Assembly: GCA_027923505.1 (NCBI GenBank)
Contig: BROI01000023.1
Span: 1 to 64,000, forward strand
DNA from: Mayamaea pseudoterrestris
Lineage: Eukaryota
Length of the DNA: 64,000 nucleotides
Direction of reading: 5' to 3'
Shown here: positions 55,130 to 64,000 of the stretch, one piece after another
Position numbering within the stretch: position 1 is the first letter of the stretch
Layout: each line of letters starts with the position of its first letter
Position numbers and translations under genes: made by a program
Notes under the pieces: generated by a model
Database searches by the model: none
Seen by the model: only the letters and a program-made list of their open reading frames with translations
Told to the model about the DNA's origin: nothing

Positions 55130-56689
55130 ATGGCGGACCAAGAGGACGACCTAACTCGCAAGCTTAGCAGTAGTGGCGAAGCTATCAAAGAAGATGACGA
55201 TGTACCTGATGATGATTCGGCTACCGATACTTTAACCAAGCAAACCTTTCAAAGCTTGTCGCTCGTCGAACCACTCTGCAGGGCATGCGATGCTCTGGGA
55301 TGGAAGACGGCGACGCAGATACAGGCTCAGGTACTACCAGAAGCTTTCGCTGGAAATGACATGATTGGCTTGGCGGAAACTGGATCTGGCAAAACGGGAG
55401 CTTTTGTCTTACCCATATTACAAGGCTTGCTCACATCCGCAACGGCATCCAAGCATCAAACGCGGGCGCTCATTTTATGTCCGACGCGTGAATTGGCCTT
55501 TCAAATTCTGGAAGTTGTTCAGGCGCTTGGGCAAACCATTGCGGCAACCTCCACGTGCATCGTGGGAGGAGTCGATCGAGCGAGTCAGGCAATTGCATTG
55601 GCGCGAAACCCGCACATTGTCATCGCAACGCCAGGTCGACTGATTGATCACTTGCAGGATACCAAGGGATTTACACTTCGTCATGTACAGTATTTAGTCT
55701 TGGATGAAGCTGACAGAATGTTATCGATGGATTTTGAACAGGAGCTTCATCGCATTCTCGATAACTTGCCAGCCTGCCACGGTGAAGGCTCCAATGGCGT
55801 TGGCCGACAAACGTTTTTGTTTTCCGCCACTATGACTTCCCAAGTTGCCAAGCTGCAGCGAGCCAGTTTGAGGAGCACGGCCGTTCGCATTCAAATCTCA
55901 GAGCACAAGTTCGTGACGCCAAAGCAACTCAAGCAATTTTACATGTTTCTTCCGGCAAAGTACAAGGACTGCTACTTGGTTTATCTACTTTCACAACCAG
56001 ATCACTTGGCCGGCAAGTCCATCTTGGTCTTTGGCGCGACATGCAACAATGTTCAGCGCTTGGCCCTCATGCTTCGCCAGCTTGGACTACCTGCCATGGC
56101 ATTGCACGGACAAATGAGTCAGCCGCAGCGACTTGGCGCCTTGCAAAAGTTTCGGGCTGGTCAGCGGCAGATTTTGGTATGCACCGATGTTGCGAGTCGC
56201 GGATTGGACTTGCCGGCGGTCGATAGTGTCATTCACTACGACTTGCCTGGCCATGGAAAGGAGTATATTCATCGAACGGGTCGAACGGCGCGTGCCGGCA
56301 AGTCGGGTTTGGCGATTGCCATGGTGACACAGTATGATGTTGAAATATATCAGCGACTAGAAGGCTTGCTGGGCACCAAGCTGCCCGAATACAACATGGC
56401 TGCGACCGAGGAGACGGTGCTGATACTGCTTGAGCGAGTGAGTGACGCGCAGCGACTAGCAACGCGCGAGTTGAAGGAACAGTTGTCGTCGCGTGATCGA
56501 AAGGGAGGCGGTGGTCGACGCAAGCGACGAAGTGGAGATGATGGCGAGGAAGAAGATAATGGAGGGATGGAGAAGATGTTGCAGAAGGAACTGGATCGAC
56601 GTTACAAGGGCGGTTCGGGTGGATCTGGAGGAGCGTTAAAGAATCAACGTGGTTCTGGGAAGCAGAGTAAAAAATATCGGCAAAAGTAA
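55130..56689 (+). CDS. RRP3: DEAD-box RNA helicase, RRP3/DDX47-like
   Basis: IGLAETGSGKTGAF, PTRELAFQI, TPGRL, DEADRMLSMDFE, SAT, KLQRASL, TDVASRGLD, HRTGRTARAG, ERVSDAQRLA. Confidence 0.93.
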   Translation: MADQEDDLTRKLSSSGEAIKEDDDVPDDDSATDTLTKQTFQSLSLVEPLCRACDALGWKTATQIQAQVLPEAFAGNDMIGLAETGSGKTGAFVLPILQGLLTSATASKHQTRALILCPTRELAFQILEVVQALGQTIAATSTCIVGGVDRASQAIALARNPHIVIATPGRLIDHLQDTKGFTLRHVQYLVLDEADRMLSMDFEQELHRILDNLPACHGEGSNGVGRQTFLFSATMTSQVAKLQRASLRSTAVRIQISEHKFVTPKQLKQFYMFLPAKYKDCYLVYLLSQPDHLAGKSILVFGATCNNVQRLALMLRQLGLPAMALHGQMSQPQRLGALQKFRAGQRQILVCTDVASRGLDLPAVDSVIHYDLPGHGKEYIHRTGRTARAGKSGLAIAMVTQYDVEIYQRLEGLLGTKLPEYNMAATEETVLILLERVSDAQRLATRELKEQLSSRDRKGGGGRRKRRSGDDGEEEDNGGMEKMLQKELDRRYKGGSGGSGGALKNQRGSGKQSKKYRQK

Positions 56690-56758
56690 TTTTTTAACGG
56701 TGATGCTTATCTATTTCTCTTGAAAATATCGGTATCGTATAAACATCATAGATTAATA

Positions 56759-57583
56759 TTATTGAATGTTGTTTTCGTCTTCTTCGCCAACCACGGAACT
56801 GGCCACACTAGCAATCATGAGCAACCCGAGCGCTGGCTGCACAAAAGCTTGAAAGTTGCTGTTGAAGGCAATCTGGACCGTATCATCCTTTAACACGCTC
56901 GAACAAAAGATGCCCGCCAAGAACCACAGCAAGAATCCGCAAACGACGAAAAAGTCGACCGTGACAATGGTGCTGAGAATGCTTCGGATGGGATTCACGT
57001 CCTGGCTCGCAGAGTCTGACGATTCCGACGATTGCATTTGTTGAGCGTCAATGAGTAGCTGCTTCAGCGAGTCATTATCTGCACTTCCCGTGGAAGATAA
57101 AGATGCTGATTGTCGTGTTGACGGTGCAGGCGACGACGACTTTTGAAAAGGATTGCTTAGAAAAGACCTTGGCGAAAACGCTGATGGACTAGTCGGCTCG
57201 TCAGATTCATCATTACTTTCGCTGCCAACCATTAGTTCATTGACATTTTGTACTTTGAAAGTCACAGGAGCATCTTTCGGTCGTTTTATCGGTAATTGAT
57301 CTGTGGCTTGTGGTACTTCTGATTCTAGCGCAGCTGATTGGGGATCGCCAAGGGGAACCTTGCGCTTTCGTCTGCGCGCGCCAGTGCTGCTGGATGCTTC
57401 GTTCTCCGCAAACAACGCACTCAATCGCGAACTTGATCTGCTTCCGAAGGAAGCATTTTGTTGCAGAAAATTAGCTCTTGTTGCGCTAATCAATGAGGGT
57501 TGGATTGTTCCATAGGCAGACGATGGTGTCAGGCTGAGCGACACCAGAAAAATGGTCCGAACGAGAGGCGACATAGCTGCCAT
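56759..57583 (-). CDS. Signal-peptide protein with two C-terminal TM helices (possibly plastid membrane)
   Basis: Signal-like IFLVSLSLTPSSA-Y, a Ser/Arg-rich transit-like stretch, and TMs DFFVVCGFLLWFLAGIF and FVQPALGLLMIASVA. Confidence 0.7.
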   Translation of the reverse strand: MAAMSPLVRTIFLVSLSLTPSSAYGTIQPSLISATRANFLQQNASFGSRSSSRLSALFAENEASSSTGARRRKRKVPLGDPQSAALESEVPQATDQLPIKRPKDAPVTFKVQNVNELMVGSESNDESDEPTSPSAFSPRSFLSNPFQKSSSPAPSTRQSASLSSTGSADNDSLKQLLIDAQQMQSSESSDSASQDVNPIRSILSTIVTVDFFVVCGFLLWFLAGIFCSSVLKDDTVQIAFNSNFQAFVQPALGLLMIASVASSVVGEEDENNIQ

Positions 57584-58063
57584 TTTGTTTGGCGGATTTA
57601 TCAATTGTCTTCACTAGCTTATTCTTTGACGCTTTGTACGGTAGCAGCTGATTGAGGAAGCTGTTAAGGTGATGGACGGATGCGCTCAAGATCTTTTAGT
57701 ACACTTCAATGAGCGGTCAAACGAACAGTCGTTCCGTTTCTCAGAGTGTGACACGCGACGCGAGCGAGCCGGTCGGTTACTTAGGTAAACAAATTTGGAT
57801 ACCTCAACTACTTGGAGGCTTTTCACATGCGCTGCCAATTCGATAGCGATTTGACTTTCCAACCGGACCGTTGCAACGCATGATCAATATCTAAGTAAAC
57901 ATGCCTCGCGTCGCTATCTACACTGTCATGAACCGCACCGAATGAACGTCCATCAAGAGCCAGCAACCGTGTCAAAATAGAAGCTGCGGGAACCCCTTAG
58001 TAACGTCCATTCACTCGAACAGCACGAAAGGTGCAGCATCAGGCACTCTCTGAGACTGCAACC

Positions 58064-61000
58064 ATGAACGACCGATACAAGGTTGAAATATGCGCAACCT
58101 TGCTGGTGGACAAGCCACCAAAACTGCCGCTACGCGAGGAGGTCATGAGTCTGGGGTTTGAGATCATTTACAATGCCGACCGCCTTGGAGAGAGTGTCGC
58201 CGTCATTGAAGCCGAAAAGGCGGTTGCTCGCTTTCGACGCGAGGAAGAATATCGAGAAGCTAAAAAGATTCGCCTCTTTCCAAGGAGCGCCAAACGCATC
58301 AAGCAAAAGGAGGAAATACGGCGTAAGAAGGAGGACGAGCTCAAGGCGCCACATGCCTTTTCGTACGAATCATACGAGCATGAGCTCTACAGTCACAGCG
58401 TCTCGTCATCTGAATCGGCAGACGATGATGATGACGACAATGACGTTGTGGACAAAGTCCTACAATCCAAGACGGAAGAGTCGAACACATCGATGAAGTC
58501 GAATCGTTTCCGAGCAATCGTTCGAGCTCGACGAATGAAATCGTTTGGCTGGTTAAAAAAGAATCACAGCATTGACGAAAAGAAGGAAGGATTAGCCGGT
58601 GTCAGGCCGAAGCCACTTCAGCACAATGAAAGTCCCGAAGATGTTTTCGCCAAGGCTGGATTTCGCGATATTTTGGTGTCTGTCAGATCTCAGGAAACGG
58701 AGGCAACCTATCAAAGCCGGACGGCGCACGACACGGAGCTGACGTCGGCCCATAGCGGTTTCCTTTCTACGCACGGGTCAACGGCGCCAAGCAATGCCAA
58801 CACTACTATTTCGACGCGACTTGGTGATGCGATTCAGAACATGGAGATTCAGTTTGTCGCGTCGAATGTTGCGGACAAGTACTTACCAGAATTGAATACG
58901 GTGCAAGAGTTGAATGACGTGGACGCTGATCGTGATATAGACGCGGCGAAAGGAAATGCGAGCAATGGCTTAAACGATGACGCAAAGAATGCTTTTGCAA
59001 ACTTAGGACCGGTGAAGGATGCGTTTGCTGACTTAAAACCTGCCAGCGGCTTGTATGGAGCTCCGTCAGACAGTGGAACAATGGCGGAGCAGAAAGAGGT
59101 TGTTCGAGAAAGCAATTCGTCATCAAATGCTTGGCTTTCGTCTGCCTTGAACTATTACAAGGACAAGGCATCACCAGTAAAAACAAACGACTCAAAAGGA
59201 GTTAAACAGCACGCCAAGAAAACAAGCGCTACAAAAGGTCAAGCGCATGACGGGGACGAAGCTGGGTTTGTTCGGTCTGCAAACGGCGATGAGTCCTTTA
59301 CGACCTTTCTTGACGCCTTGACGGACATGTCTACCACCGTTAACCAACTAGAAGAGATGCTGACAAATGACCCGGGGCTTTTGCAAGTCAAGCAACATGA
59401 TTTGGGACGATTTCCGCTACATATCTTGTGTCAGCGCCCCATGCCGGACCGTCACGACAAATCGATAGAGAGCTTGACAGACCACCTCGTCAGTGATATT
59501 GCCGCCTTCAAGGGTTTGATAGAGCTTGTTGTTGGATTTTTTCCAGAAGCATGCAAGCACAGCGATAAGAAAGGTGATCTTCCGGTCCATCTTGCAGCAC
59601 GAATGCTTATGGAGTGGGAGGCAGTCTGGTACGAAGCTGTTTATGGCGAAGCGGCGACAGAAAATGATGCGAATGGCAAGACAACAGTGGCGATATCGAA
59701 GCTGTATCAGTCCATGTCTGAATGTATTGAAATTGTTCTCCAGCCTATCTGTGCGACGCCTGAGCTTTGTCGTGAACCGGGAAGCATTGGTGAAGTTCTC
59801 CCACTACATATCGCGTCAATTTTTACTTCAACAGTGCGCACCTTACGAATCACACTCGAGTCGTATCCTCAAGCTGCCGGAATTGCTTGCCAGCTGGGTG
59901 GGTTGACTACTTTTGTCCCTGATAACTTTTTGGCTCTTCAGTTACATGAAGAACTCTCAACTGACTTTCCCAAATGGGAAATCGAAACAAACGCTGAGAC
60001 AGATCCCAGCATCAAATGGTCGCGTTCCCATGCTTGTCCACAAAACGATACACAAAATTGCATTAAACGCTCAGATCTCATCTTTGCCTACTATCCCCAT
60101 ATCGAGCCAACTCGATTTGAGAAAGCAAGAATACGCAATCTCGAGGCACTGGTTCATTTTGAAGCATCACAGCTCGCTTCCGGTAAGGTGACGGGTATGT
60201 CGCACGCCTCTCAACGCCTCTGGAGATGGATGTGCATATTCACAGAAGGAGATTCTGGTCGCGCCACTTACGTCAACAGTGTGCAACGAGTGCTCGACGG
60301 CTTGCCGCTAGTATCAGTCAAATATCTAGCTTCGATGAAAACGGCAGCTGGTGAACAACTCTTCAAAGAAGCTGCTACTGACTGCTCAACCTTAATTCGT
60401 CGACGATTACGAGAGCTTGAAGCGACGACGATTGCAACAAGGCACACATATAATTATCGGTCGTGGGATGAGACGCATTGGGGGCGGCTCTTCCAGCACA
60501 TGAAAGGACAAGTTGCTCAATTGTGCCGAATGCTGTTCAACATTGAAGCTGGACCCTTTCCAACTACCTTTGTTGTGCTGCCTTACGAACTATCCCAGAA
60601 TGCTGATGGTTCGCTCGGCATGGCTGACCCGGCGGCAGTCAAAATTGCAGTCAAATTTGCCGAATGTCTTTTACAGCTCACCGAACCCGCTTCGCTGCTT
60701 TATTTTCTTAACGAGAAATCATTGAAATACTATGATCAGTCCATTTTTGAATCGCCTATTTTGAATCAATTTGATGAACTCGAAAAGCCAAGGGCCCGCA
60801 TACAGGAATATCGCGATAGCTTGATAAAACTCTTCGGCAGCCAAGACAAGGCATACCTTTACCTCATTGACGAAGCTACTGGAACTCCAGTTCTTCCTTT
60901 AAGCGATTCAACGCAACCTGCGGCGTATCCGATTGTACTGGAAGAGCCGGGCAGCATCGTACAAAAGCTCTTCTCGTTCATGCTGGTGGGAATGAGTTTA

Positions 61001-63064
61001 ATGAGAGGTGGTAGGACGCTCTCTTCTCTAATTGAGGTACTTTTGGACGACAATGTGACGGTACTTCCGCAGACTTGGTTGGATGCTGCTGCGGAGCTGA
61101 TTGGAAGCCTTGACGAAGATGCGATGGACGTCGAGACAGCAAAAGTTGCAATGGATCTTAAAGATGATTTATCAACATTTACATCGAATGCAACTCGACG
61201 CTTGAAGCGGGCGGCAAAGCACAATGAGGAAAGTTTGGAGTGGAAAGATGAGCGATCCATTCTGAAGTCGCTTTTAGAGATGCATGATCAGCAATATACA
61301 TTCGCCGGACTGTCAGCAAAGTCAAACAAGGCGTCGGAGCTGCTATGGTCGCGTGCCGAGACGAGTATCGGTCGTCACGTAGGAAGAAGTTACTCGATGC
61401 TAGACACTTCAATAAATTTGGAAAAGAATGACGATCTTTCTCAGTCGGGTGGTTCAGCAAGCCTGAACTCGACTCGGAGCTTTGATATTGACGAACGAGG
61501 CAATGCCTCGTTTCCCGATAAGTTGCTCGACGTCGAAGGACAATTAGGATCAGACACTGCAGGCGAGCGCATGCAAATGAGGACTGGAGTTGCGGGTTGG
61601 TTCGCGAAAGTGGCGCAAAATCTGAAGGCAGAGGTGGAGAGTCCAGTCCAGCTGCGACGTAGGGCTTCGGTGGACAGTGGTTGTCGATCAGCTGAGCGAA
61701 GTGGAATAGCAACTTCCACACGATCTCGGAGTGAGGATAGCCACAAACGAAGGCAAAGACCATTTAACGAATCTCATAAGCAGCTCAATGAAGCTAATCA
61801 ACAAGCTGACGTATTTGGTCGTGTAACCAAACGCAAAGGCAAGAGGAGTCAGAGTCCGACGCGCAGTAACACTCCAAAGCGCCACACGAGTCCAAAGAAG
61901 GGAACGAAAAAGTTCAACCACACGCACACGTCAAATTTGCTGCAGGATCGCAACTGGGCTAATGCTCCGGTCAGCAGACACCCCGCAAAGAAACCTGATT
62001 TGAGTGAGGTTTCGAAGAAATTTGCGGAGCTAACGAAGAAGCACGACGATATGAGTCACGAGTACCAAAGCAAGCCCTTTGGCAATCCCATTGAAGAAGT
62101 ACACGAAGAACGACAACCTGACAATGAATACGAGCATCGTTACGACGCAAGCGAGCCATACATAATTGATTTGACTAGCATGCGCACTCCTTCGACCGTC
62201 GAACGAGCAGAGAATTCAACTAGCACGGAAGAACTTATCCTACTTCAATCGGATGCCCATACCGGAAGCGAAATGACTAGTTGGGACGGCTCGAGAGCAG
62301 AAGAGTTGCTGTCGCGGACTAGAACTCTTGTGGCTAAAGCAAATCGTAGGAGCGACGAAACCTTTTGGGGTCGTCGGCAAGAGAAGGAGTTCCGACACAA
62401 GCACTCAATGCTTTTTGATGAATTTGCATTCAATGCAACATTCAATAATGATGCCAATTATAAGCAAAGTGCTAGGGCTGGGTCCCCCAAAATGAGCACT
62501 TTCGAAAGCACAAGAATTTGGCACGACCTTTCAAGTCAGTTGGACACCAACACATACATCGAAGACCACCAGATCCTCATGTTGAAGGTGGAACTTGCGG
62601 AAGAGGCTAAGAAAATGGCGAAAATAAGTAAGCAAGTTGACGAGGTTTCAAGGCAAGAGATGATAATCGACGAGCGGCAGTCTGAGCTACTTGGTAAACC
62701 GAGCACCGAAGATCAGGATGCCTACGATTCGGCAACTTCACTATCACGGTCGCGAAGGCTGCTCATACGTCTGTGTGACTTGGAAGACCGCATTTTGTGC
62801 GATGATATCGATATCCAGCATTTGTCTTTGGAGGTTTTGTCGATTGATTTACAGTTAGATGAAATTCAAGCCAAATCGAATAACGTCCCTTCATCTTCGA
62901 CAGCTCCGAAAGCGTCATTTATACCACCTAATGAGATTCGCATACATGCCGCAGCGGAGGACGCAAGAAAAGTGCAATCACAATTGAGCCGGGGACAAGA
63001 GAAGGAGAAGCTTAATGGCCGGGGATCACGTGCGACCAAAGCAAGACTTAGATCTGCCTCGTGA
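58064..63064 (+). CDS. Large protein with ankyrin-like repeats and a C-terminal coiled coil
   Basis: GRFPLHILC, DKKGDLPVHLAA, EVLPLHIAS..YPQAA. The ORF is open for more than 1,660 codons. Confidence 0.78.
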   Translation: MNDRYKVEICATLLVDKPPKLPLREEVMSLGFEIIYNADRLGESVAVIEAEKAVARFRREEEYREAKKIRLFPRSAKRIKQKEEIRRKKEDELKAPHAFSYESYEHELYSHSVSSSESADDDDDDNDVVDKVLQSKTEESNTSMKSNRFRAIVRARRMKSFGWLKKNHSIDEKKEGLAGVRPKPLQHNESPEDVFAKAGFRDILVSVRSQETEATYQSRTAHDTELTSAHSGFLSTHGSTAPSNANTTISTRLGDAIQNMEIQFVASNVADKYLPELNTVQELNDVDADRDIDAAKGNASNGLNDDAKNAFANLGPVKDAFADLKPASGLYGAPSDSGTMAEQKEVVRESNSSSNAWLSSALNYYKDKASPVKTNDSKGVKQHAKKTSATKGQAHDGDEAGFVRSANGDESFTTFLDALTDMSTTVNQLEEMLTNDPGLLQVKQHDLGRFPLHILCQRPMPDRHDKSIESLTDHLVSDIAAFKGLIELVVGFFPEACKHSDKKGDLPVHLAARMLMEWEAVWYEAVYGEAATENDANGKTTVAISKLYQSMSECIEIVLQPICATPELCREPGSIGEVLPLHIASIFTSTVRTLRITLESYPQAAGIACQLGGLTTFVPDNFLALQLHEELSTDFPKWEIETNAETDPSIKWSRSHACPQNDTQNCIKRSDLIFAYYPHIEPTRFEKARIRNLEALVHFEASQLASGKVTGMSHASQRLWRWMCIFTEGDSGRATYVNSVQRVLDGLPLVSVKYLASMKTAAGEQLFKEAATDCSTLIRRRLRELEATTIATRHTYNYRSWDETHWGRLFQHMKGQVAQLCRMLFNIEAGPFPTTFVVLPYELSQNADGSLGMADPAAVKIAVKFAECLLQLTEPASLLYFLNEKSLKYYDQSIFESPILNQFDELEKPRARIQEYRDSLIKLFGSQDKAYLYLIDEATGTPVLPLSDSTQPAAYPIVLEEPGSIVQKLFSFMLVGMSLMRGGRTLSSLIEVLLDDNVTVLPQTWLDAAAELIGSLDEDAMDVETAKVAMDLKDDLSTFTSNATRRLKRAAKHNEESLEWKDERSILKSLLEMHDQQYTFAGLSAKSNKASELLWSRAETSIGRHVGRSYSMLDTSINLEKNDDLSQSGGSASLNSTRSFDIDERGNASFPDKLLDVEGQLGSDTAGERMQMRTGVAGWFAKVAQNLKAEVESPVQLRRRASVDSGCRSAERSGIATSTRSRSEDSHKRRQRPFNESHKQLNEANQQADVFGRVTKRKGKRSQSPTRSNTPKRHTSPKKGTKKFNHTHTSNLLQDRNWANAPVSRHPAKKPDLSEVSKKFAELTKKHDDMSHEYQSKPFGNPIEEVHEERQPDNEYEHRYDASEPYIIDLTSMRTPSTVERAENSTSTEELILLQSDAHTGSEMTSWDGSRAEELLSRTRTLVAKANRRSDETFWGRRQEKEFRHKHSMLFDEFAFNATFNNDANYKQSARAGSPKMSTFESTRIWHDLSSQLDTNTYIEDHQILMLKVELAEEAKKMAKISKQVDEVSRQEMIIDERQSELLGKPSTEDQDAYDSATSLSRSRRLLIRLCDLEDRILCDDIDIQHLSLEVLSIDLQLDEIQAKSNNVPSSSTAPKASFIPPNEIRIHAAAEDARKVQSQLSRGQEKEKLNGRGSRATKARLRSAS

Positions 63065-63112
63065 TAGTAGATAAGAATATTTGTATTTTAACGTTTCACT
63101 TAATCTGATCTG

Positions 63113-63204
63113 TCATTTTCGTTTGTCTACAATTTGCATTCTTTCTTTCGATTGCTGCTCATTTTCGTTTGTCTACAATTTGCATTCTTTCTTTCAATTG
63201 CTGC
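63113..63204. repeat. 46-bp tandem duplication (1 mismatch)
   Basis: TCATTTTCGTTTGTCTACAATTTGCATTCTTTCTTTC(G/A)ATTGCTGC at 63113 and 63159. Confidence 0.95.
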
Positions 63205-64000
63205 TTTTCATTGTTGCCAATCCAACGCTCCGTTAGACTCGACGTTGCCGGCCAAGGCCGCTTGCCAACTAGATCGACAGGAACGCCATTCTCGCGAGCG
63301 ATAATAGCACGAACACGACCCTCGCAATTGTAATTGTCCGGATCGCCTTGGCAGTGTCCCATGCCAGCTCGCGTGCGCTTGCGAATGCCCTGCGATGAAT
63401 CAATAGGAAGCGAACGCCGCATTGCTCGAACGACTTCCATTTCCGTCACCTTCTCGCATTTGCATATTACATTTTGCTCCATTTGACGAGTATTTGAGCC
63501 GTCACTGTCATTTTTGCCGACAGGGCCCATTTTGAGTCCTTTCATGCCAGCCTTGGGTGTGATGATGGGAGCTCTGTTTGGATTGAAACTAGGGTCCTTC
63601 TCCAGACGCAGGCCTTCCTTTCTTAAAAGCTCAACGACATCCAAGGCAATTGCAGGACTGCCAGCTAGGCCAGGAGAGTCAATGCCGGCTACATGTATGA
63701 ATCTGCTATTCTTCTGCGACGATTCAATGATCCAATCGCCCCGATCACTCTTGGCTCGCGCTCCGCAAAATGCGTGGATTGTCTCCTTGGGATCGAATGA
63801 TGGTACCAGTGCCTTGCATTTGGACAAAATATACTCTTGAATATCGGCCTGTGTCATGTCGCGAGCCTCTACCTTGTAAGTGTCCCTGGCCGTCGGCCCC
63901 AAGATTAAATTACCCCAAAGTGTTTGTTGTACCAAAACTCCTTTACCAAGCACAGGATCCGGGCAGGGAAAAATGGTGTGTCGCGTCAGGTGGCCCTGTT
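63159..64000 (-). CDS. FAD-dependent oxidoreductase (GlpA/LhgO-like) with a BFD-like [2Fe-2S] domain; 5' end outside the window
   Basis: GKGVLV..GNLILGPTA, FCGARA, AGIDSPGLAGSPAIA, ICKCEKVTE, KRTRAGMGHCQG. Confidence 0.88.
   Translation of the reverse strand, partial: QGHLTRHTIFPCPDPVLGKGVLVQQTLWGNLILGPTARDTYKVEARDMTQADIQEYILSKCKALVPSFDPKETIHAFCGARAKSDRGDWIIESSQKNSRFIHVAGIDSPGLAGSPAIALDVVELLRKEGLRLEKDPSFNPNRAPIITPKAGMKGLKMGPVGKNDSDGSNTRQMEQNVICKCEKVTEMEVVRAMRRSLPIDSSQGIRKRTRAGMGHCQGDPDNYNCEGRVRAIIARENGVPVDLVGKRPWPATSSLTERWIGNNEKQQLKERMQIVDKRK

Overview
Eukaryotic, gene-dense DNA with short GT-AG introns, most consistent with a diatom or other stramenopile nuclear genome (DUF6824-type protein, bipartite plastid-presequence-like N-terminus, COG3899-like ATPase, RRL-motif membrane protein). 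The first ~11.3 kb is a non-coding composite satellite block. It contains ~50 copies of a 169-bp unit (with an apparently identical 2,387-bp internal duplication), a 176-bp array, a ~174-bp array, duplicated linkers and decayed 169-bp copies. A separate 14-unit ~180-bp array with shuffled modules lies at 30.9-33.4 kb, and a 42-bp minisatellite carrying bZIP-type boxes sits just upstream of the RRP3/DDX47 helicase. The rest holds about 21 protein genes and one tRNA-Asn. The most interesting observations are: four nucleosome-sized, hairpin-containing satellite families, two of them with CpG-decay signatures; a caspase-like protease / orphan / STAND-ATPase neighbourhood next to the tRNA; a CXXC + AT-hook protein with an unnamed Trp-Gly repeat; and a strongly structured probable intron in an Arv1-like gene. 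All product calls come from motif recognition by eye; no searches were run.
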